Program-made: the position numbers and the translations under genes
Notes under the pieces: generated by a model
The model's database searches: none
The model's input: the letters and a program-made list of their open reading frames with translations, nothing else
What the model was told of the DNA's origin: nothing
NCBI GenBank assembly: GCA_025061115.1
Contig: JANZKC010000002.1
Coordinates: 26,509-50,508, forward strand
Length of the DNA: 24,000 bases
DNA from: Candidatus Culexmicrobium cathedralense
GTDB taxonomy: Archaea; Thermoproteota; Methanomethylicia; Culexarchaeales; Culexmicrobiaceae
Reading direction: 5' to 3'
Shown here: one piece after another, positions 17,325 to 24,000 of the stretch
How positions within the stretch are numbered: the first letter of the stretch is position 1
How the letters are laid out: every line of letters starts with the position of its first letter

Positions 17325-17690
17325 ATGAAGTACGTGAGACTGAGAGATGCAATTAAGGACTTCCTGAAAGATAATCAAATTGAAATTCAAGACATCCTGG
17401 ACGCAATGGACGAAAGCAAAGAAAACGCTGAAAAAGCATTGCTACGCAGAACAAACTTAAGTAAAAAAGAGGTAAGAGCTCTCGTAAATTCAATATCAAG
17501 TAAAAAAATAAACCTCCTTCTTTTTGCACTACAAACATTTTACATTTCAAATCCAAGCGGAATGTATAAAGGTCGAATATTAATCCCCTTAAGAAATGAA
17601 GTTATTATCCACGGAAAAGCTTCCAAACGAGGATTAAGACTACTAATGCATGAATTGCGAATTACAGCCGATTGGGCTAAAACAATTTAA
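17325..17690 (+). CDS. Hypothetical protein, 121 aa
   Basis: ATG-initiated ORF 21 nt after folD on the same strand. It has a charged N-terminal half and a basic C-terminus. No family was recognised. Confidence 0.4.
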   Translation: MKYVRLRDAIKDFLKDNQIEIQDILDAMDESKENAEKALLRRTNLSKKEVRALVNSISSKKINLLLFALQTFYISNPSGMYKGRILIPLRNEVIIHGKASKRGLRLLMHELRITADWAKTI

Positions 17691-17827
17691 TGAAAAATTT
17701 TCATAAAAGCTCAGCATACAGATGGAAGCCCCATCACAGTTGCTGAAAAAATTGACCAGCTAATCAAAAAATTATGAAAAAATTTTATAGAAAAATATAA
17801 ATTTATAAAAAATATTCAATAATAAAC
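17690..17827 (+). promoter_or_regulatory. glnA upstream region: two copies of an ATGAAAAA(A)TTTT(C)AT palindromic motif plus TATA-like boxes
   Basis: A perfect 7+1+7 palindrome ATGAAAA-A-TTTTCAT lies at 17690..17704, with an imperfect copy ATGAAAAAATTTTAT at 17774..17788. AAAAATATAAATTTATAAAAAAT (about 17791..17813) ends about 15 nt before ATG 17828 and there is no SD, which suggests a leaderless or very short-leader mRNA. Confidence 0.3.
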
Positions 17828-19171
17828 ATGATTGCAAGTAAAACTTACGACGTAGAAAGCGCAATTAAGAAGCTTGAGCAGGAAGACGTGAAGTACCTCA
17901 GACTCATAATAGTTGATATACACGGAGTGCCAAAAAGCTTAATCATCAAAAAGGACGATTTCGAAGATGCATTAACCTATGGAGTTGGCTTTGACGGATC
18001 ATCGATTCAAGGGTATGCCCAAATTGAAAACAGCGATTTAATTGCAATTCCTGATCCATCGACTTTAACATTAGCGTATTGGGAAGAAGGGAAAACAGCC
18101 GCAGCCATATGCGACGTATATACTCCGGAATACAAGCAATTCCAAGGAGACCCTAGATTTATATTGAAGAGAATTGTTGAGCAAACTTCATCAAGAAACT
18201 TGAAAGTTAAAGTTGGAATCGAACTTGAATACTTCATTGTAAATAAAAGCGTTGAAAGCGAAATTAAGCCTCAAGACTCTGGACAGTGCTTCGACACTGT
18301 GCCAATGGACTATGGAGATGATCTAAAGAAGAGGTTGGGAGAAATCATATGCAGAGTAGGATCTTCATTTGAGAAAATGCATCACGAAGTAGCCCCAGGA
18401 CAACATGAACTGTCCATTTCAGCTACAGATCCAGTTAGGCTAGCAGACATAATGATAATATCAAAGCTAGCTGTAAAATCGATAGCTAGGAAAGTAGGAT
18501 TCACGGCTACATTCATGCCTAAGCCATTCTTCGGAGTAAATGGCAGCGGCGCCCATGTCCACGTAAGCTTGCAAAGCAAAGAAGGGAAAAACCTATTCTA
18601 TGATAAAGCGAGTAATGGGCTTTCGCAATTAGCCATCCAATTCACTGGAGGAATCCTATCTCACGCAAAAGGCTTATCATTATTAGTTGCGCCTCTAGTA
18701 AATTCATATAAGCGCCTAGCTCCAGGATATGAGGCCCCAGTATACATATGCTGGGGATATAGCAATCGCTCCACGCTCATCAGGATACCTAGACCAATAA
18801 GGGAAAAAACTTGTAGAATCGAGTATAGACATCCAGACCCATCATTCAACCCATACTTGGGGTTGGCAGCCATAATAGCTTCAGGATTAGATGGTATAGA
18901 CAGAAAGTTAAATCCTGGAGAGCCATGCCAATTAAACGTCTATCACGCCGAAAACAACTTTGAAAGACTACCTGAAAACCTCCATGAAGCAATCATAGCA
19001 TTTGAAAACGACAAAACAGTTAAAAGAGCAATCGGAAAGCATGCTTCAAGCAAAATTGTCGAATTAAAGATAAAGGAGTGGAATTCATATATAGAGTCTG
19101 AAGGAGACTGGAATTCAACTAAAAACAAAATTACCGCATGGGAAATTCAGAAATATTTGGAGAGAGTCTAG
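17828..19171 (+). CDS. glnA: Glutamine synthetase, type I
   Basis: 447-aa ORF with HHEVAPGQHE, KPFFGVNGSGAHVHVS, and NSYKRLAPGYEAP. Confidence 0.92.
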   Translation: MIASKTYDVESAIKKLEQEDVKYLRLIIVDIHGVPKSLIIKKDDFEDALTYGVGFDGSSIQGYAQIENSDLIAIPDPSTLTLAYWEEGKTAAAICDVYTPEYKQFQGDPRFILKRIVEQTSSRNLKVKVGIELEYFIVNKSVESEIKPQDSGQCFDTVPMDYGDDLKKRLGEIICRVGSSFEKMHHEVAPGQHELSISATDPVRLADIMIISKLAVKSIARKVGFTATFMPKPFFGVNGSGAHVHVSLQSKEGKNLFYDKASNGLSQLAIQFTGGILSHAKGLSLLVAPLVNSYKRLAPGYEAPVYICWGYSNRSTLIRIPRPIREKTCRIEYRHPDPSFNPYLGLAAIIASGLDGIDRKLNPGEPCQLNVYHAENNFERLPENLHEAIIAFENDKTVKRAIGKHASSKIVELKIKEWNSYIESEGDWNSTKNKITAWEIQKYLERV

Positions 19172-19623
19172 CGTTGAAAAGTGTTGAGCTCGACGAAATA
19201 GATATCAAAATCATTAAAGAACTGCAGAAAAATGCAAAGCAAACCTACAGAGAATTATCAGACAAGCTGGGACTAGCAATTGGAACAATATACAATAGGA
19301 TTAAGAAGTTAGAGGAAAATGGAGTAATAAGAAACTTTACAATTAATTTAGACTACTCCAAGCTTGGATACGATTTAACAGCAATAATAATGATGCAAGT
19401 TGAAGGTCCATACATCATTGAAATAGAAAAGCGACTAGCCAACTACGAAGAGGTAATGAGCGTATATGATATAACTGGAGAATTCGACATCGCAGTAATT
19501 GCAAAATTTGTGGATAGAGAACACCTAAACAAATTCATTAAAGGAATACTCACTATGCCCCACATAAAACGAACAGTAACTAGCATCGCGCTAAGCGTAG
19601 TAAAAGAAAACTTTAAACAATAA
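19138..19623 (+). CDS. lrp: Lrp/AsnC-family transcriptional regulator
   Basis: N-terminal HTH (LDEIDIKIIKELQKNAKQTYRELSDKLGLAIGTIYNRIKKLEENGVI) followed by a RAM/AsnC_trans_reg-type domain. ATG 19138 overlaps the glnA 3' end by 34 nt. TTG 19174, 2 nt after the glnA stop, is an alternative start. Confidence 0.85.
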   Translation: MGNSEIFGESLALKSVELDEIDIKIIKELQKNAKQTYRELSDKLGLAIGTIYNRIKKLEENGVIRNFTINLDYSKLGYDLTAIIMMQVEGPYIIEIEKRLANYEEVMSVYDITGEFDIAVIAKFVDREHLNKFIKGILTMPHIKRTVTSIALSVVKENFKQ

Positions 19624-20318
19624 AGTATTTATTTAAAGATACAACCCTATTAAATCAGCTTATAATGATTGTTTGATAAATGATCTTCTCCAGCCGGCTT
19701 TTAGCTTCCTTCAGCAATTCGCCGCAATTAAAACTGCTGAAGTAATTTCATATCCAACTTACTTATCCTGCACCTTTGCTACTTCAAATTCGTTCGGTTT
19801 TGCGCACTTTATGTCCACATCCATAAGGGTTTCTAATTTAGTGGACATCTCTTCCCCTAAGGAAAAACAATGCAACCAAACAAGATGCTGCAATATGAAT
19901 TGCAGGTACATATAACACGTTTAATTCAGCATCCGTAATAATTCGTTTGCATATTATGGTCGGAAGCCCATTGCATGACGTGCTTGAAGAAGAGATGACA
20001 CCGCCACCATATCAAGCGTGCGCAATAAGCCTAAACTCAACGCAAATATAGATTAGGGAAACATAAGCTATATGCTTCATGCGTTGCGGCTACTCCATAG
20101 GGAGAAGCATGAGCAGGGGTAAGTACGGCATATTTTAGACCTAGTGAAGATAGTTATTGAAGACTGCGCTTAGCAGCTAATTCACATACGGATTATATTG
20201 AAGAATGTTCTTGGAAAATCGAGTTAAACCTGAATATGATTGGCCAATAAGATCCGATTCAAATAGCTTTGCATGGCAAAAGTTATAACTGAAATAGAGT
20301 AAATATTAGTTAAAAGAG

Positions 20319-21551
20319 GTGCTCATCTTGAAACAGCTTGATAAACCTGCGATTGAAGGAGGAAAGCCCATTAGGAGCAAGCCGATTTCCGCATTCCCGA
20401 AATTCACTAATGAAGAGATAGAGGCAGTTGTTGAAGTTCTTAAGTCTGGCAAGCTGACGACGCTCGTCGGCGAAGTAACGAGGAAATTTGAGGAGGAATT
20501 CGCGAAATTCCATGGAGTTAAGCACGCCATTGCGGTTTCGAATGGAACCGTAGCCCTTCATGTAGCATTGAGGGCAATTGGAGTTAAACCTGGAGATGAA
20601 GTAATAACTACTCCATTTACCTTTGTGGCTTCAGCATCATCAATACTTCACCAAAATGCAATTCCAATATTCGCCGACATAGACAGGGAAACATTCAACA
20701 TAGATCCAGCCAGCATAGAGGAGAGAATAAGCAATAAAACCAAGGCGATAATCGCGGTTCACCTGTGCGGTCATCCAGCTGAAATGGATCAAATAATGAA
20801 GATAGCCGATGACCACGACTTAATGGTAATTGAAGACTGCGCACAGGCAATAGGAGCAGAATACCGAGGAAAAATCGTTGGTGGATTAGGTCATGTAAGT
20901 GCATTCAGCTTCTATCAAAGTAAAAATATAACGACAGGAGAAGGAGGCATGGTTCTCACAAACGATGATGAAATTGCTGAGAAGGCTAAATTGATTAGGC
21001 ATCACGGCGAACCTGAGTGGTATCACTACGTGCTTCTGGGCTACAATTATAGAATGACTGAAATGCAGGCAGCATTAGGATTAGCTCAACTAAATAGGCT
21101 TGAGGAATTGAACAGGAGAAGAATGGAGATAGCAAAAATATACACTGACGAGTTGGAAGATGTTGATGCACTAACACTGCCTACAGCTAAGCCGCACGTA
21201 AAGCACGTCTGGCACATATATAACGTTCTAATTGACTTAAAGAGAGTAAGGAAGACTAGAGATGAAATTGTCAAGGCAATAAAAGCTGAAAATGTTTGGG
21301 TGGGAATCTGCTATCCAACAGTATTATACCTAGAGCCAATATTCCAAGAAAAAATAGGTCATGGCAACGGCTGCCCATGGAAATGCCCACTGTATGGAAG
21401 AGAAGTAGAATATAAGAAGGGATTATGCCCAAATGCAGAGTGGGTCAGCGAAAGAGTATTCACACTGCCAACCCAGCCAGCGCTAAGCGACGATCAAGTC
21501 ATCGATATCGCGAGAGCAGTGAAAAAGGTAATCAAGTATTATCAGATCTAA
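20319..21551 (+). CDS. DegT/DnrJ/EryC1/StrS-family PLP-dependent sugar aminotransferase
   Basis: About 410-aa ORF with FEEEFAKFHGVKHAIAVSNGTVALHVAL, DEVITTPFTFVAS, VIEDCAQAIGA, and the lysine region SFYQSKNITTGEGGM. The GTG at 20319 is part of an AGAGGTG SD-like site, so TTG 20328 (MKQLDKPAIEGGKPI) may be the true start. Confidence 0.88.
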   Translation: MLILKQLDKPAIEGGKPIRSKPISAFPKFTNEEIEAVVEVLKSGKLTTLVGEVTRKFEEEFAKFHGVKHAIAVSNGTVALHVALRAIGVKPGDEVITTPFTFVASASSILHQNAIPIFADIDRETFNIDPASIEERISNKTKAIIAVHLCGHPAEMDQIMKIADDHDLMVIEDCAQAIGAEYRGKIVGGLGHVSAFSFYQSKNITTGEGGMVLTNDDEIAEKAKLIRHHGEPEWYHYVLLGYNYRMTEMQAALGLAQLNRLEELNRRRMEIAKIYTDELEDVDALTLPTAKPHVKHVWHIYNVLIDLKRVRKTRDEIVKAIKAENVWVGICYPTVLYLEPIFQEKIGHGNGCPWKCPLYGREVEYKKGLCPNAEWVSERVFTLPTQPALSDDQVIDIARAVKKVIKYYQI

Positions 21552-21790
21552 GCACGTCCAGCTTAAATCCAAGAAAGCTCCCAGCAAACATTCAGGATGA
21601 ATTTCACGAATTCAAGCTCCAAAGCATGCAAGAAAATGAAAATCATGGCATTAATACGCATCCCCTTTTACTTGACTGCGCAAAGATGCACAAAATAACT
21701 ACTAAGAGTGTTTCAAAATGAAACTTACACCAAATCCCCTCCACTTTACCTAAAACTTTGGAAGTCAATTCAAGCCACTGCAAAATTGCG

Positions 21791-21820
21791 CTCATCATAA
21801 AAACTCTCATCATAAAAACT
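21791..21820. repeat. Perfect 15-bp tandem duplication (CTCATCATAAAAACT x2)
   Basis: 21791..21805 is identical to 21806..21820, read directly from the sequence. It lies in the 490-bp spacer between the aminotransferase and the THUMP gene. Confidence 0.9.
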
Positions 21821-22045
21821 ATTACTCCAGCACGCACCCATATCCAAATATTTACTATAAATAAACTCTAAAATTAGCTGGATACGCGAGTTTAAAGAAG
21901 CTCTAAGTATCATTTATCCGATAATGAGCATGAGAATCCAAGTGCAGCTCTAGAATGAAACAAAATAAGCTTCAGCATCAATTATAAGCTTCAACCAATC
22001 ATTCTTTAATGGTGATTTAAACTGAAATCGCACGATCTCGATAGG

Positions 22046-23110
22046 GTGGACATCCTAATAAAAACAACCCTGGGCATGGAAAAAGTTGCAGCCACAAGAG
22101 TCGAGGAAACAATACCTGAGGTGCAAGTCATACCTAAGCCATATGGATTCATGGGGCTAGTAGCAGTAAAAACAGAGCTCGATAAAAAAGAGGCGGCGAA
22201 AAAGATTGAAAGCAACGTATTGGAGGCAGATAGGGTAATAGTAGTTGAAGAGTGCGTTCCCGCCAATCTAGATGAAATAGCTGAAGCAGCAGCAAGAATA
22301 GCCAAAAAGAGCATTGGAAGCAAAGATACTTTTGCAGTAAGAACAGTTCGAAGAGGCAAGCATGAATTCACGAGCATCGATGTTAACGTCGTAGCTGGAG
22401 CTGCAGTTAAAAAAGCAACTAGAGCACTTGTAGACTTAAAATACCCATCAAAAATCATTAGAATTGAAATTTTGAAGAACCTAGCATTAATAGCGATTGA
22501 AGATGGAGAGAAAGAGCTGAAAAAAATTAGGCCTGGCAAAATCCCAGTTATAGAGTTCTTGAGGAAAATTGCCATAATTCAAATGCCTTACCTCGGACCG
22601 CTAAACGCCATTAGAGCCATTGGAGTTAGAGTAGGAAGGGAAGTTCAAACATTTGAAGTTAGAGAACTAGTCATATCTCCAATAGGAGCAGTAAAAGCCG
22701 AGGAATTAAAGGTATTTATTGAAGGAGTATTTGAGGGAATAAACTCAAGATATGAAATTCAACGAAAAACTTATGGAAGAAAAGTGTGGAGAGTTCCAGT
22801 TTTCATCCAAGATCTACATCAGCTAGTTAGGGAGAGAAGAAGGAGAGAACCAATAATCGTGCTTGAACCGGAAGGAGAACCCCTACCTAAAGTTAAAGAT
22901 AACCTCGCCGAGATACTGCTAAGTGAAAAGAAAAGAATTAATGTTCTCATTGGAGCTAGAGAAGGCATTCCACTTGGAATCTATAGATTCGCCAACCTAG
23001 TAGTTGATATATGCCCTGGAATAACAATTTCAACAGATTATGCTGCAGCTTCAGCATTGATAGCATTCTCAACAATAATCGAGGAAAAACTTCTTGAAAA
23101 GAAATCATAA
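22046..23110 (+). CDS. THUMP-domain protein fused to a SPOUT-like (DUF531-type) domain; predicted RNA methyltransferase
   Basis: The N-terminal ~150 aa have a THUMP-like layout (ILIKTTLGMEKVAATRVEE...DTFAVRTVRRGKHEFTSIDVNVVAGAAV...IIRIEILKNLALIAI). The C-terminus (IIVLEPEGEPL...INVLIGAREGIPLGIYRFANLVVDICPGITISTDYAAASALIAFSTII) resembles the knotted SAM-binding end of SPOUT enzymes. The domain calls are from memory. Confidence 0.55.
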   Translation: MDILIKTTLGMEKVAATRVEETIPEVQVIPKPYGFMGLVAVKTELDKKEAAKKIESNVLEADRVIVVEECVPANLDEIAEAAARIAKKSIGSKDTFAVRTVRRGKHEFTSIDVNVVAGAAVKKATRALVDLKYPSKIIRIEILKNLALIAIEDGEKELKKIRPGKIPVIEFLRKIAIIQMPYLGPLNAIRAIGVRVGREVQTFEVRELVISPIGAVKAEELKVFIEGVFEGINSRYEIQRKTYGRKVWRVPVFIQDLHQLVRERRRREPIIVLEPEGEPLPKVKDNLAEILLSEKKRINVLIGAREGIPLGIYRFANLVVDICPGITISTDYAAASALIAFSTIIEEKLLEKKS

Positions 23111-23186
23111 AATGCTTTGACCCGAAATGAGTTGATGGACATCCCTACCTAAAAAGACAATGAAGAAGGGTGGTGTAATTATTAAA

Positions 23187-24000
23187 CTAAAAGCCTGGAG
23201 ACCTTACTTGCACAACCTCCCTATTAACTAGGTTTGGAGGAACTTCTCCTTTGGCAAATAAAATTAAGTTATCTGCAACCATCATTGCAATCCTCTCCCT
23301 AGCTTCCCTGGAGTCACTGCCAATGCGCGGCGCAACAACATTTGGAAACTTTAGAAGGGGATTATCCCTAGGCGTCGGCTCAACCTCAAATACATCCAAT
23401 GCTGCACCCGCAATCCACTTGTTCCTTAAAGCTTTAATTAGAGCCTTCTCATCAACAATAGCTCCCTTTGAAGTATTTATCAAGTAGACTGTGGGCTTCA
23501 TTAATTTAAGCTCCCTCTCGCCTATCAAGTGGTATGAAATTTTATTTAATGGAACATGTAGGGAAACGAAATCCGAGTTACTTAGAAGGTAGTCCAGATC
23601 CACATACTCTGCGCCAAGCTCCTTCTCCAATCCAATCTTCCTCTCAACATCAAAGTACAGGATTTTCATGTTGAAGCACTTAGCCCTCCTAGCTACTGCT
23701 GAGCCAATTCTGCCTAATCCAATTATGCCCAAAACCTTTCCATGAACATCCAATCCCAACATCATTGTTGGATGCCAGCCAGTTTGCGTCTTCTCCCACG
23801 ACCCGCTTCTAACGAACCTATCTGCCTCAACAATCCTCCTAGCAACTGCCAAAATTAAAGCCCAAGTCAAGTCAGCTACAGCTTCGGTCAATACGCCAGG
23901 AGTGTTAGTTACATATATTCCCCTTCTCGTGCACTCTTCAACGTCGATATTGTCGTAACCCACAGCATACTGGGCAATTATCCTAAGCCTAGGCGCCTCA
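23187..24000 (-). CDS. gyaR: D-isomer-specific 2-hydroxyacid dehydrogenase, glyoxylate/hydroxypyruvate reductase-like; 5' end beyond the window
   Basis: The frame stays open upstream of the track start to nt 24000 ([38 protein letters not shown]). It has the NAD-binding motif [16 protein letters not shown] and [11 protein letters not shown]. It closely resembles Thermococcales glyoxylate reductase as I recall it. Confidence 0.85.
   Translation of the reverse strand, partial: EAPRLRIIAQYAVGYDNIDVEECTRRGIYVTNTPGVLTEAVADLTWALILAVARRIVEADRFVRSGSWEKTQTGWHPTMMLGLDVHGKVLGIIGLGRIGSAVARRAKCFNMKILYFDVERKIGLEKELGAEYVDLDYLLSNSDFVSLHVPLNKISYHLIGERELKLMKPTVYLINTSKGAIVDEKALIKALRNKWIAGAALDVFEVEPTPRDNPLLKFPNVVAPRIGSDSREARERIAMMVADNLILFAKGEVPPNLVNREVVQVRSPGF

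Noticed and set aside
19673-19915. 80-aa ORF on the plus strand.
   Set aside because: It has unnatural composition (C/N/S-rich tail), no SD or promoter-like context, and the opposite strand looks more coding-like. It is treated as non-coding within a decayed region.
1-24000. Looked for tRNA or rRNA genes, CRISPR arrays, transposases or IS ends, integrases and known defence-system genes.
   Set aside because: I found none: no T-loop-like GGTTCGAATCC-type motifs, no regularly spaced repeats, and no recombinase or nuclease signatures in any ORF. The window looks like core chromosome rather than an accessory island.

Overview
This is a gene-dense, low-GC chromosomal segment that reads as archaeal. 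The basis is gene content (Nre repair protein, F420-type Mtd, V4R and THUMP proteins), AT-rich TATA-like promoters, GGAGGTGA-like Shine-Dalgarno sites, and one apparently leaderless gene. All family calls come from motifs I recognise by eye; no search was run.

Gene order:
- DUF3160-like protein (5' partial)
- DedA membrane protein
- two decayed or frameshifted small genes
- a heterodimeric ABC exporter pair with one degenerate ATP site
- hypD
- DUF457 membrane hydrolase
- ACT-V4R ligand-binding protein
- Nre repair protein with a C-terminal PIP box
- metG
- a C1 cluster: mtd divergent from fhs-folD
- a small hypothetical protein
- glnA-lrp
- DegT-type aminotransferase
- THUMP-SPOUT RNA methyltransferase candidate
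- a glyoxylate reductase-like dehydrogenase (partial)

I saw no tRNA, rRNA, CRISPR array, transposase or recognisable defence genes.

The main finding is in hypD. The gene looks frameshifted in the ORF track, but it is interrupted by a 26-nt insert (8180..8205, minus strand) inside the conserved CG-x-H-E motif. The insert and its flanks fold into a textbook bulge-helix-bulge (hBHBh') splicing motif. Removing it restores one 366-371 codon HypD reading frame. That makes it a candidate archaeal endonuclease-spliced intron in a protein-coding gene, which is very rarely reported.

Secondary observations:
- H4MPT-type and THF-type C1 enzymes sit side by side.
- A small membrane protein gene is frameshifted at a homopolymer.
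- There are several long ORF-free regions.
- A palindromic motif is repeated upstream of glnA.
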